Assembly: GCF_018977255.1 (NCBI RefSeq)
Contig: NW_024704744.1
Location: 20,832,001-20,896,000 of the forward strand
Direction of reading: 5' to 3'
Length of the DNA: 64,000 nucleotides
DNA from: Callorhinchus milii
Taxonomy: Eukaryota
Below are positions 51,443 through 64,000 of this stretch, piece after piece (within the stretch, counting starts at the first letter, position 1; every line of letters starts with the position of its first letter). The position numbers were made by a program, and so were the translations under genes. The notes beneath the pieces were generated by a model. That model did no database searches and was not told where the DNA came from. It worked only from the letters and a program-made list of their open reading frames with translations.

Positions 51443-51752
51443 TGGAGGCCAACAATAACTCCAAAATCCTATTCTCCATTGCCCACCACCTCCTCCGTGC
51501 ACCCCCTCAAGCAGCCTCAATCATTATAACTAACGCCAAGTGCGAAGAGGTCATGGATTTCTTTACCTCTAAAATTGACAACATCCGCCTGGCAGCTTCA
51601 TCCCTCTTCCCCATGTCGCCTACCACCACCACCATTCCGTCTCCCTCACCTTCCCCCTCCCCCTGGCTCAGCCTCGGACTCCGCCATTGTTAAGTGCACT
51701 GAGTCGCCGCCCGGCGTGTAGGGCGCTACATAAATGCAAGTTGTTGTTGTTG
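51443..51752 (+). mobile_element. Internally deleted L2 (mid-ORF2 piece joined to the 3' tail)
   Basis: EANNNSKILFSI...CEEVMDFFTSKIDNI is similar to ORF 34243; L2 tail follows directly. Confidence 0.8.
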
Positions 51753-53024
51753 AACTGATTGCACAGTGACAGAATGTGATTTTCTTATGCTATTATCTTG
51801 CTGAAAAGGTAGCTCTGCTCCTGATATTACTGGTCCACTCTACTCCCTTCAAATAGATTTGAAGTGGTATTATTGAGGGTGAAAACGGTCTCCACTTTAT
51901 TGAGACCAAGACACTGGATTCATTCAGGAAACACCTTGATTACTGTAATAGAAGGGTGGGAGAGTGGATATTCCGGAAGGATGAGATTCAATGGGTCTTC
52001 TTCATCCGAACTGCCTTGTTGTTTTTAAGACTCCAATAAAGTTAGAAGGAAACACAAACCGAGCCAATTTCCACATAAAAAGTGAAACTGCTTTTTTATT
52101 TTCATATCATGCCAAAATGTCCCAAGGTCGCATTCACTGTGAAGCTTTTGTACATTTATTGCAGCCAAACTGTGGTGGGTACCTTTCATATCAGCTCAGT
52201 TCTACACAGAGTAATGAGATTCAGTATTCAATTACATTTTTAGAGTATGCTGGTCCTGATGCCTGGAAGAACACCCTTCATTTTTCAAATTGTGCGCTTC
52301 CTCTTCGACCGTGCTTATGGCCATCTCCCCCCCACCCCATCCACCCCTGGCTCGGAGTCAGGCACCGCCACTGTTAAGCGCTCTGAGATGCTACCCAGCG
52401 TGGTAGGCACTATATAAGTGTAAATTGTTGGTGGTGATGTTTAGGATTTTCATTGTTTATATACACAGAATGACTGGCCATCAGTTCAAAGTTTCTAAAC
52501 AATGGTACCTCCTGCAATGGAGCACACCCCATTACAGATTGTCAACCTAGATTAACCTGATAGAATACATTTAAGAAAACATTAAGTTGTAAAAGTCCTG
52601 TTCTACTTTAAGATTCAGAGTCAACAACTCGTATCATAGAGAGTACATAGTGGTTAGCTAAAAGCTAGAACGAGCAGTGTTTTAACCGTGACACTGTAGA
52701 ACCACAATCTATTCTTTCCATCCTTCTGTCTCATTCAAAACAGAGTGAATGAGGCTTCATTAATACTGAATACCAAACTTCATGGATCGTAGTCTCATGC
52801 TAGCTGCCAAACAGAAGTAAACAGCAGGTCAAGTGGAAAAAGAGACAGACAAGCATTGAAATCAATAGTCGTTGGTGTTGTGGGAGCAACTATGTACTTG
52901 AGCAGTGAAAGAAACCTTTTACTGGTGCAATGCAATGCCAATAGTGAAGAGAAATAAGCTAAATCCATTTAGATCAGTTTTCACAAATATTGGACCTCCA
53001 ATGTGTATTTTTGTAGACAAACAC

Positions 53025-53265
53025 GACAGCCAAACAGGACACCGGGAGATACTCCCTTCTCTTCCAGATAATGCCATGGGATCTTCAACATCTACTTGAA
53101 CAGGCAGAAGGTCATCGCTTCTTTTTAAAGTCTCATCCAAAGGGTGGCACCTCCAACAACGCAGCACAGTGTCAGCCTAGGCTGTGAGTTCAAAGTCCCG
53201 ACGTGGAGCTTGAAACCACTCAGACTCAGAGGGTAGAGTGACTACCAACAGAGTCACGCTGACAC
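53025..53265 (-). mobile_element. Old Deu-domain SINE
   Basis: Same family motifs as 46745. Confidence 0.7.
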
Positions 53266-54189
53266 ACAATAAAAACAGTTGGTGAATGTAGCAATAGACA
53301 CTGAATGAGATTATAAACTGCACAGACACAGTAGTTTCTATACTGCAAACTGCTGAGACCAGAGAAAGGTGTCTGTGGAGGGAAGGAGGCTACAGTACTT
53401 GCATTTGGCACCATATTGTCCCCAAGAGTAGGGGAAGGTTCTGCCACAGAATAAGAACACTTTAATCTATAATTAATGTCCACAGATGTTAGAAAGGCTC
53501 ATCGGTGAGATTATTAAGGCAGCACTTTGGCAACAGTTGAGGGTTTCAGAATGGCACAAGTGTGATTTTATTAGATAATTTTATCACCTTAGATTAACAA
53601 TTCACATAACATTAAACTCTGTTATCGTCATCAGTTCTTGCAGTTTACAGGGTGTAATGTTCAATGCACAGAAAATACATTTCCAACGTAATTACTTAAA
53701 CACTTAAAAATACAATTAAAACATTTTACAACATTTAGATGCTGGAATTATATACCATAATCCTCCTATGCATGACTACTGCAGTAATATGTCGGCTCCA
53801 TTTTAGTGTCCTTCATATCACTTCCATGTGATTTCCTGACTCTTGTAATTTCAGGCTATAGGATGGCACATTTGGCTTCAGTGACTCCCACCTAAACTCC
53901 CAAACTAGGAGCCATACTATGCATAACATTAACACACATAGTACCTTAAAAAGTAACGCTACATAAAAACACGCATTCAAGCGGATATGGTACTTGATAG
54001 GGCTTATCCTATTAATGATTAGCCTAATGTCAGCAGTAGATTTGTGTGCACAGTCAGGTGAAACAGGCCACACACATGCACACACTGGATTTTCTCATAC
54101 CTACATTCATCTTGGGGCAAAGTGAGACATTAGCATCAGCACTGAAATTGGGTAAGCAGGGTGCGTCCCTCCAGGGAGAGAGTGTGCAT

Positions 54190-55054
54190 TTCCATCTCCA
54201 CAAACAGTTTCTCCTCTAGCCCTCGCGCTGTCTCATGCAGCGTTCCTCAGGACTCCAAGAAGACTGAGGCCCGCCTGGATTGGTTCCTGTCAGCGCCTCC
54301 GCACCGCAGGCGCTGACAGCATCACCATCCATGGATACACACTCTACCTTGCTAAGCCAGTCCGGAACCTTGACATCTTGTTTGACCCTCAACTATCCTT
54401 TCGAACCCACATCCGTGCCATGACCTTCTCTGCCTTCCCTCACCTCCGCAACATCGCCCGGCTCCACCACTGTCTCACACTGCAGGCTGCCGAAACCCTC
54501 ATACATGCATTCATAACATCTAGGCTTGACTATGCAAACTCCTTGCTTGTCGGCCTCCCCAACTCCTCCCTCCATAGGCTGCACATCATCCAGAACTCTG
54601 CAGCCCGTGTCCTCTCCTGCACTAGACTCCATGACCCTATCACCACCATGCTTGCCCAACTCCACTGGCTCAGAGGATACAGTTCAAGATCTTGGTCCTC
54701 ACCTTCAAAGCCCTCAATGGCCTTGTTCCCCCCTACATCTGCGATCTCCTAACCCCCTACCGCCTCGCCTGCCCCACCATTGACGGGCAGGCCTTCTGCC
54801 ACTCTGCCCCACCCACTGGAACTCCATTCCACAGTCCCTCCGTCTCGCCCTCTCCCTTGCCTCCTTCAAGACCCATCTGAAGACCCGCCTCTTCGACCAT
54901 GCTTTTGATCACCCTGCTTCCCCCCCCCCCCCAGCCCGCCCTCTACCCTCCCCAATCCCAACCCCCAGCTCGGATCCGAAACACTGATTGTCCAGGGCCT
55001 TGGGACGACCTCCCAACGTGGCAAGCACTATATAAATGTAATTTTGTTGTTGTT
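54190..55054 (+). mobile_element. L2 LINE 3' fragment, same subfamily as 34219-36106
   Basis: FDPQLSF...HLRNIARL...LIHAFITSRLDYANSLL...IQNSAARVL. Confidence 0.93.
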
Positions 55055-55423
55055 GCATTCTATTCCAGACACAGGAAAGTTTCTATTTATAAGTACACAG
55101 AAAGCTTTTTAAAATTCTAACCATTTAAACAACTTTATAACTTGCTTTTTAGCTTTATTAACTTTATAACGTTTTATATATATTTGCTTACCCAATCGAC
55201 AACAATTGTGAACAATTGGCTGCCACATTTCGTCTTACAATTCACATTACAATATATTGAAGTGCTTTGAGACATCTCAATGAGTGATAAGGCACTATAT
55301 CAAAAGGATTATTATTATTATAACATACAGAATTTTTTCAAACAGCCGATTAACCTGTATAATTGTTTTGGCAGAGATGAGTGAAATCCGAACTCTAACA
55401 GGATTTCTTTATCAGGAAGTCAT

Positions 55424-55467
55424 CAGTACAATCAATGCGACTCAACAGTACAATCAATGCGACTCAA
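55424..55467. repeat. Perfect 22-bp tandem duplication (CAGTACAATCAATGCGACTCAA x2)
   Basis: Direct reading. Confidence 0.92.
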
Positions 55468-56414
55468 AATTGCACCAACTCAATCTACTTTCAGAGTGTG
55501 ATTTATCTAATGAAGCCATACTCAGTGTCCATTGGAGGTTATATTTTAAAAGCCTTTTTAAATAGCGTTCCAATGCATAAATTTCTGAGGATGGGGAGGA
55601 ATGGGGGGCAAGTGTAATTATAAATTAAACTCCATCATGGGCCTTTGCCTTGTTCTCTTATAGCATGAAAGTAAAATTGCATTACACATCTTAGTTTGTA
55701 GTTCTATGATGTTGATGGACTGGGATAAGTGAATTTTGGAGTTATCTTCAAAATAGGTAGGTAGATTATAAAATGGTTGATGGATTGTTTGATATGTCAA
55801 CAATAGTAAGTGCCTGAAAAACATTTTAGTTCCGAAATTCATCTGTCATCATTGGATTACCAAATTCTAGGAATATCTTGCGTGCACATCCTGAAATTCA
55901 ATTATAGGTATTGAGTTTTCCCTTGGCATATGTCTGTCAGATTGCTTTCTGTCACTTAATATTCAGTTGCCTCAAGGAAAAAGCTGCTGCGGTTAACTGC
56001 AGCCTCAAATTTAGAAGATGATGTAAAGTCTGAAGTCCATAGGCACTCCTTGCTTGGCACAACCAACTTATCATCCAGGGTATATGATCCAGCATTCATA
56101 GATGGAAAGCACGATAGCACAAAACTTTCATTTTATGTGTGTGACATATTGGCCTCAGCAATTGTTCATGGAAATGATTTCCAGTCTTTCATTTGTGAAT
56201 CAATGTTTCAGAATTGTTTTCACTTAATTTATTTTTAAGATATTTCCAGCCCCCCCCCCCCCCCCCGCACCTAAACAAAACACAACCAATAATGGACTAT
56301 TTTTGAATCTACATGTTTATAATCAATGTCCCCACTGAACGATATCAACTGAGGTGGATTTCTGCAAAGACAGGGCAATACAATTTGTATTCAATGTGGT
56401 TATACTGCATTTGG

Positions 56415-57085
56415 TGTCAGCCTGGTTCAGTTCATAGCACACTCATCTGAAGGTTATCATTCAAGACCACATTGGAACTTTGAGCTCACAGTCGAAGCTG
56501 ACATTTCAGTAACACGTTGGGCAGGTTTCTTTACTCCACACGTCTCTGTTTACCTAGCAGTAAATAGAAACCTGGTTGTTAGTCAATCGGCGGATCACTT
56601 TTCTGGGGATAATAATTCCTTAAAAAAAATTTGGTCACTCAATCCATGACTGTTTGTGGGACACTGTTCTATGCAATTGGCAGCTGCCACATTTCGCCCA
56701 CAAAATGTACAGTCAATTCACTTTACAGTATATTTTGTGAAGCTCTTTGAGACATCTCGAAGATGTGATAAGGCGCTATATAAAATGGAAGGATTATTAT
56801 TATTATTGGGGGTGTGCTGCATTGTTGGAAGTACTGTTCTTCAGATGAAACGTCCCATCTGCCTGTATAGGTCAAAATTAAATGCCTCTTAGCATTTTTT
56901 GAAAAGAGAAGGGAGTTTCTCCCCGTGACATGACCAGCAATTTTCCAGATAACATTGATCATTCATTTCACACTGTTTGTGGGACATTGCTAATCGCAAA
57001 CTGAATCGTTCACTTACAAAATAGTGTCATTACAGTAAATCCTGTGAAATGCTTTAAGATGTCTCGTAAACTTGATAAGGCATGA
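56415..57085 (+). mobile_element. Old Deu SINE with a younger 5'-truncated SINE (~56513-56807) nested inside
   Basis: Old head at 56415-56510 resumes at ~56810 after the (ATT)n tail of the younger copy. Confidence 0.75.
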
Positions 57086-59530
57086 TATTAAATATTGTTT
57101 TTTTATTTACTTTACCCCCTATTGCATGCAACATAAATTCTAATATTCGGTACAAACAGTAGCAAAAGCTGCTGACAGTGAAAGATATGTCTTCCAGTTA
57201 GGTTTGGTTATATTTCTATTGTCACCAAATTCAATCATTGGTGCAAGTCCAAACCAGGTTTCCTGTGTGAACCTTAAGCACTCTGGCATTCTTGACGTGA
57301 GTTTGGTGGTTTCTAAGCACCGGAAGGACGCAATGTCCACAAATACAAAATCCTTGCGTTTCCACTAGGTACAGGAAGGCCTGTCAGAACATGTTAAGAT
57401 TTGTAAAGTGAAGCGTCTGGTTTTAATCTACTATAACTTGGTAAGATCTGAAAATTGGTGTAGCTAAGTAGGATAGTAACACCCAAAGGTATCCTCGCCA
57501 CAGATGTAAATAATAATAAATATAATAATTATCCTTGCATTTGATAGAGTGCCTTATCATGTCGTTGAGAGCCTCAAAGTGCTTCACAGGATTTACTGTA
57601 AAGTGATGTGACTGTATAATTTGTATTGTCTAAGATGAACTAAGAATTCACTTGGAGGTTTTTTATGAGATCTATTTAACTTGTAACGTGTAGGAAATTG
57701 ATTTAGAAAACCAGTTGTTGATGATGGACTCCACACTGAAAACTCTATAATCCTAATTATACATTCATTGAAGTTGGCATATTGGTTTCTCAGCCACAAG
57801 CGAAGGACCTATTTGAGGCTTTGGTTTAGTGACTGATATACATCAGATCAAAAAGGCTGCCCCTGCACATCGCTGCACTATACCTGGAATTTACTGGACT
57901 TTGTTTATTGTTTCAGATGTTAAAACAACAGTTATGTTGGTTAACACCGTAAGCCCAAATACAGTACTTTCAGATCTACATTATGAACATTCTTAAAATG
58001 GAGATGCCATATAATTACATTTGCATTATAAATTTAACAATGTTGCATACCCAAAAAGACATTCTTCAATCATTTTCATTTCTACCGAATCTCCATTTTT
58101 CTCCAAGTCATGCAGAGCTAATTTTAAAATAAGAATTTTGCCAGAGGAAATATGTGGTGTTTTACCTTTCCCTTAAGTCCTAAAGGTGTCAGGACCAAGG
58201 AGGGGTTGTTACTCCATAATATCTTTCCTCTGCATGTTTTTAAATACTCATAATTGACAGCTAGCTCTGACAATTAAATCCCGATAATCCTGGAGAAGCT
58301 CTTCTGAATGTTTCCTTTTACTCCCCTATTTACAATCTTGAAATCTTGCCTCAGATCCCTCACCAGTGGAAAGAGTTTCTCCACAATTAATTTTCTCACA
58401 CCCTGTCATTTTCTGAAACACCTTCATCATCTCACCCTCACCCTTCTTTGCTCAAAAATAGGACTCCTAATGTCTGTCTTATAGATTTATCATTTTATCT
58501 CTGATATCATGCTCATAACCATTATTGGTCCCTCTATATTACCCTTTCTGTAATGCGAACCCAGAAATGCGCACAAAATTTCACCTGCATCCTAACCCTG
58601 TTACTAGCGATAATTAAAACTCCCCCATCAAATTAATAGCTGTCCATCGTGGCACAGTTTAAGTATTTATTTCATACTGTTTTAAAGCCAAACTGAATAT
58701 GAAAGTAAACTTCTCATCTATAGTGGTTTCACTTACCCTCTTCCTCCACAAACCATATCTCTTTCATAAGCAGGGATGGTTAAATGTGAAATTGCAAACC
58801 AATTTTGTGATCTGTAATTGAGAAGCAAATCCTGGCAAACAAGTTCTGTAGTTTGACCCACCTTTATACTCCACCTGAGACCCCATCTCCTGTGACCCTC
58901 TATTCTCCCACTTGTACACAAGGTTCCTCTTAAATACGGTGATGCTCTTTGCTTCAACCACAGTTTCCAGCAATTAATTCCACCACCCTCTGTAAAAAAA
59001 AGTTCTTCCTAGACTCCCCTTAGATCTGCTACTGGTTATCTTATGTCAATTCAAAATATTTGTGTTTGTATGTAATGTTTTTTAATGATGTGTAAATTAG
59101 ATGAAATCAAATTGATGCTGGATGCTTGGACGAGTTATTCCTTTGGTTCTTTTTTTACACCTTCCTCCCTCCCGCACATCTCCTTCCTGCCAATCTCTCT
59201 CCCCCATCCCAATCTCCTTCCCAATCCCCACACACTCTTTCCCAATTTTCCTATCATCTCCTAGTTTCTCTTTCAGATCTTGCTCCGACTCTGTATTTGT
59301 TTGTAAAGCATTGTGAGTAGTTCAGCCTAACTAAAAGGCACTTTATACAAGTGTAAATGGTTGCTCAATTCTTTGCTTGCTTTGCTGTAAAAGTCAGAAC
59401 TAAAATCCCAACCTGTAATAAAGTTGTAAAATTAAGCAATAAACTGAAACTCGAGTTCAATTAAGAAAGTGAAGGTGACTTTCTGATTGTATATGGAATA
59501 TTGTACTTAAATTCTTCTTCTTCAAAATAG

Positions 59531-59648
59531 GTCATTACTACAACAAAAATCACTGAAGCATCACTTTATTCTGACATGGAAGGATCTGCTATAGATGAGG
59601 ATACTGATGACATTTATTCTGGTTCTGGCTCTGGATCAGGTTCTGGTG
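59531..59648 (+). CDS. sdc1: Syndecan exon 2, heparan-sulfate attachment cluster (VITTTKITEASLYSDMEGSAIDEDTDDIYSGSGSGSGSG)
   Basis: tag acceptor; gtgagt donor; acidic stretch followed by five Ser-Gly; phase 0/1. Confidence 0.92.
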
Positions 59649-60017
59649 GTGAGTTCATGTTGTTTTACATTATTTCAACTGCGTGCATCCATTCTGAATG
59701 TGCAAATGTTACAATTTGGAAACAAGCTATCAAAGATAAAGTAGTAATAATAATAAAACTAATAATAATACTTGTATTTGATATAGCGCCTTATCATGTC
59801 TTCAACATATCTCAAAACGCTTCACAGAATATACCGTAAAGTGTAGTACCAATATATTTTCTATTAAAATATTGTACACTCTGAAAAAACTTGAGAGTTT
59901 TGAAAATAAAAACAGGTCAGCATCTGAAAGTGAAAGATAAGGTTAAGTTTTTGGTCTAATCCATATTTGTTCTTCAGATAAGAACTGCACTGGTTTTGCA
60001 TTTTTTGGTTTTTAATG

Positions 60018-60380
60018 AGTTCAAACCCCAGGCCAAGACTTTGAGCTCATATAGTCAAGGCTAACACTCCAATGCAATGCTGGGAACTACTGCATTGCTG
60101 GTGTTGCTGTCCTTTGGCTGAGACGTTAAATCGAGGTCCTGTCTATCTGTTCAGGTTTAATGTTGAAGATCCCATGGGACTATATGAAAATTTCTCCTGG
60201 TGTCCTGTCCAACAATCCCTCAAACTTACTTTGCAGTTGTGTGTGGGACACTGTCATGCGCAAATTGACAACTGCGTTTGCCTTCAGATGCAGTTACAAC
60301 ACTTTACAATAAATCCTGTAAACTGCTTTGATACATCTTCTGAAATGAAAGCGTTTATATCAAATGCAAGGGTTATTATC
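60018..60380 (+). mobile_element. Old Deu-domain SINE ending ~30 nt before the sdc1 exon 3 acceptor
   Basis: Family motifs and tail TATCAAATGCAAGGGTTATTAT. Confidence 0.75.
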
Positions 60381-60409
60381 GAATTTGTTCTCTTTATATC
60401 CTGTTTTAG

Positions 60410-60897
60410 ACGGACTGATTTTTCTACCTTATGAAAAGAAGACATCAGCGCCAGTATTGCAAGTGTTTTCCTCACCGACTCCAAGCGGTTTGCAATCAAC
60501 AAGCAAAGTGTCCTTCACCACAAGCTCAAGTGAAGTTACTACAGAAGCAACCGTAGTCTATATCAAACCAGCACCCAGGCACAATACTAAACCACCTGTG
60601 GAAATCCTAGTGACTGAACACACCACCATGTTGCCACCATCTACCATGTTGCCTGTCATTGTCCCAGATAGCAGTGAAGAAACCGTTACTGCCTTTGCTC
60701 CTTATGTGTCAGCTATCCTTTCACGTGCTTCTACAACTGCACCTGACCATTCTCTAACCACTACTTCCAACATTGGAGCTGACATCGCCATAAACTCTCG
60801 GGAACTTTTTTCTTCAATTGTGCCAAAGACAACTTCAGTGAGTGAAGTTACCAGTGTAGATGATAACGTGAAAGGAAAAGTAGATCTAATTGAAAAG
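60410..60897 (+). CDS. sdc1: Syndecan exon 3, Thr/Ser/Pro-rich ectodomain
   Basis: tag acceptor, gtaagt donor; 488 nt open, phase 1/0; lies within ORF 60364-60936. Confidence 0.92.
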
Positions 60898-62208
60898 GTA
60901 AGTTCTTACACTAAGAACAATTGTAGAGCAAATTGAGTTATAGCATGTGGTTGATTTAGACCCATCTTAAAACGTATCTTTTTGACTTTTGGTATCTCTT
61001 TTGGTCATCTTTTCCTTCCCCATTCCCCCTCAGTTCTCACCCCCAGCTTGGCTTCACAGCCAGCAGGGTCAAACTCTTTTGAGACGTCCTCCCGATTGGA
61101 AAAGGTGTAATATAAAAGTAAATTGTATTATAATTGTGTTGGTTTCAGGAATTTCTCACCAGTTAATTTTCCTGCTTTATGGAGTTTTAGAATCATACAA
61201 ACTATGCTGCTGCTAGCTTCTCTACTGGAGCTGTATTGCCTACTTTCTTTGGTAACTTTTCAGATTCTCAACTTGTTTTGGCATCTCCCCACTGCGAGAA
61301 TAATACTGATCTGGTATCATCTGCAAGTGGACTTTTGATCAAATCTACTAAGTTGTGCTATAGTGCAAAATTACTATTACCAAATTATTCAGAATAGCTT
61401 AACTTTACAAAACCTAGGCACTGCATATATTCTTATTCTTATCAACTACCTTTTTGCCCAATGTATTGTATTGCATAATCTTGTACTAATGGGACAAAAT
61501 TAGTGGATAAAGACTCTAATAATTTATTTTCTAAGTGGTATCTTATGAATTGGTTTCTTTTTCATTTTGAATTGGGAGTTATGCAATGAATTGCCATATT
61601 GGTCTAATACAATATAATTTACATTTATAAGGGATGGCGGGGGGGAATGATGGGGATATACTGAAACCTGTCTGTTCTTCGTAAGAAAAAATTCCAACTA
61701 TGTGTAGGGCATGCATACTTTAGCAAGTTCTTAAATGTTGACGCTGGTTTTCTGTGGATTTTATTTAAAATAAGTAAATTTCCAGAAATTGCCAAATTCT
61801 GCATAGTGATAAGAACTGGTGTATATGGACCCAGATGGAATTTCTCCTCAAGTAAACATGTTTTAAATGCTTCAAAGAAAATTATAAAATATTGGAATAT
61901 ATGACAGCAAGCATGGCTTTAGAAGGCATATATCTCATCTGACTCAGACATTTATAAAGTGACATCCCAATTTGACAATGATATGATCTAGTGTCCCTGG
62001 ATTTTTGTATCTGGATTTCTAAAAGGTCTGTGACAAGTACTATGCAAGAACCTCTTTTACATTTTGGTAAGCATTTGAAATCATGCTATATAAATGCAAG
62101 TTGTTATTTTTCTAGTTGTTAGCCTGAATTCTTGCACACTGTAAGCATCGGTTGCATAATGATTACACAATCAGCCTTGCATGTGACTAAAATGGTTGGT
62201 TTCTTTAG

Positions 62209-62374
62209 GAAACTGGGAACGAGATTGAAAAGAACGAACCTGAGATTTACTTCCCCAATGAGCGCAAAATCGTCCAGAAACAAGAGACTCCAGTAGGGGC
62301 AAATTCAGATGCTAATAAGATGTCCGAGATGAGCAATTCTAAGAGTTTCCTGGAAAGAGGCGAAATAGTGGCAG
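62209..62374 (+). CDS. sdc1: Syndecan exon 4, juxtamembrane ectodomain (ETGNEIEKNEPEIYFPNERK...SKSFLERGEIVA)
   Basis: tag acceptor, gtacga donor; phase 0/1; FLERxE motif preceding the TM segment. Confidence 0.92.
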
Positions 62375-63008
62375 GTACGATTTGTACATTTCTTAAGAGT
62401 ATACTGCTATTTTTGCATGTTGCATAACTTTCTATTGAAAGCAATGATTGGCAAGCTTTCCTGTTGCTTGTCCAGTTAGGACTACCCTATCTGTTAAGAG
62501 TTTGGCTTGCAGGGATAACAGAAGATGAGCCAAGCTGGCTGGTCTATCATCACCAGTACCCTAGAGTATTCCGACCCGCCTGGCTCAGCAATCAGTGACC
62601 ACCACCAAGGATTGACTTGATTCTGACATTGAATTGCCAAGCATGTTACCTTGATGTCTTCTCAGCTTCCAGAAAACCCTCTTACCCACCCCATTACCAC
62701 CACCTAAGGTGCTTTATTGGCAATGCACATTACTGTTCAGCTATACTTGCGGTGGCCAACGTTTTTGCTTGGCCAACAAAATAATCATGGAAATAATAAA
62801 ATAGCACAGCTTTTGGCCATAAATCAAAAAATATTCAATCAAGAAACATTTATTTTGTTGGCCACCACTGAGCTGTATGTTTCCAAAAGTAGTGCAGTCT
62901 TCAACTGACTTAAGGAAGATTTAGAGTAGTGAAGTGTTAACTGATCCTTTCTGAGAGATTCGATTTAGTCGATATTTATCCTTTCTTCCCTTTATCTTCA
63001 TCATTTAG

Positions 63009-63175
63009 CTGTTGTTGCTGGAGGAGCTGTGGGCCTCATCCTTGCTGTTCTGCTAGTGGTGCTGTTGGTGTATCGAATGAAGAAAAAGGATGAAGGAACC
63101 TATACACTGGAGGAAACGAAGCAGCCAAATGGAGGCTACCAGAAGCCAGTCAAACAGGAGGAATTCTATGCATAA
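63009..63175 (+). CDS. sdc1: Syndecan exon 5, TM plus cytoplasmic tail ([55 protein letters not shown])
   Basis: GxxxG TM motif; C1 RMKKKDEG; SDC1-type V region KQxNGGYQKP; PDZ-binding EFYA. Confidence 0.96.
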
Positions 63176-63884
63176 GAAACACAACTTTTGACTGTCCTAA
63201 ATCATTCTCTCCAAAGTCATGATTTATGTTTGCCTGAATTAGAAACTGATTAATATCAGATTAATATCCATCTGTACCCTGGCTCCTTGACCAATTTAAC
63301 ACACCTTTTTTTGGAACAAACAGGAGTAACTTAGGTTTGTGTTTATTAGGATTTCTGCTATTTTGTTTCATGAAAAGGCAGAACACGATTAGATCTACCA
63401 CCCCGTCCCCTCCCCCAAGCACAATCAACAAATAACACTGCCTTGTAAAATATTTGGACTCCTTTTTAACAGAAAAAAATGACCAATTTTGTATCCTAAA
63501 AGTCACAAACTACTAAATATCTATAAATTTCTATATTGTATTATAACCAAACAAGAAAGGGATGCAGCAATTTGGCTGTATTTGGCCTTTTTACTATTGT
63601 GATTTAAATGTGTTTGCCTGTTTCACTTTGTCTACCTAGTACAGATTTAAGGATTTTCCTTTGCTTGGCTACAGAAACTTTCTACCATCGGAGTGGAGCT
63701 TGTTAGTAAATGTGCTTGTATTAAGAAAAAGTCCTGGAATGTTCATGTTTTCAACATCCTCTAAGTTTGATGATGCTTTATAGTGCTTGAAGGATCAATG
63801 GGTAAAATCTTTGTTCTACTTGCTAAATACAAGAATCAAAAAGGGGAGCAGTTAAATGCAGTTTTAATGCATTGTATATTTTGG

Positions 63885-63890
63885 AATAAA
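63885..63890 (+). terminator. Candidate polyadenylation signal for sdc1
   Basis: AATAAA ~710 nt after the stop codon; the UTR may extend beyond the window. Confidence 0.35.
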
Positions 63891-64000
63891 TCAAGGACAA
63901 TAAGGGGCTTTGTCTATTTCCAGTGTTGACAATTACCCTTTTACACTGTAATTGATTGCAGAGCACTTGAGATTGGTCCCTTTTTACAGAGCTGGGCCTC

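Noticed and set aside
17025-56807. CRISPR-like or regularly spaced repeat array
   Set aside because: The recurring motifs are dispersed SINE/L2 tails in both orientations with irregular spacing.

Overview
AT-rich vertebrate genomic DNA. The compact introns, tRNA-headed Deu-like SINEs sharing 3' tails with L2 LINEs, and Penelope remnants suggest a cartilaginous fish, possibly a holocephalan (inference). There are two spliced genes, both on the + strand. (1) The 3' part of pumilio-2 (pum2): 14 coding exons from 646 to 19185, including the whole 8-repeat PUM-HD, followed by a ~2.7 kb 3' UTR. (2) A complete five-exon syndecan (ATG 37565, stop 63175, ~330 aa), best called sdc1 from its cytoplasmic tail and pum2-sdc1 synteny. 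Most other ORFs in the track are spurious or LINE-derived. Best observations: a 1-nt frameshift in pum2 exon 2170-2298; a 34/35-nt copy of pum2 exon sequence just upstream of the next acceptor; two local duplications that each start exactly at the (ATT)n tail of a young SINE; a ~110-bp foldback and a TTAA-bounded MITE; two RFX X-boxes plus many Pumilio-element-like sites in the pum2 3' UTR; and a syndecan mixing SDC1 and SDC3 features. I found no evidence for a wholly new multi-gene system. All alignments and comparisons were done by eye or from memory of the families, and repeat boundaries are approximate.
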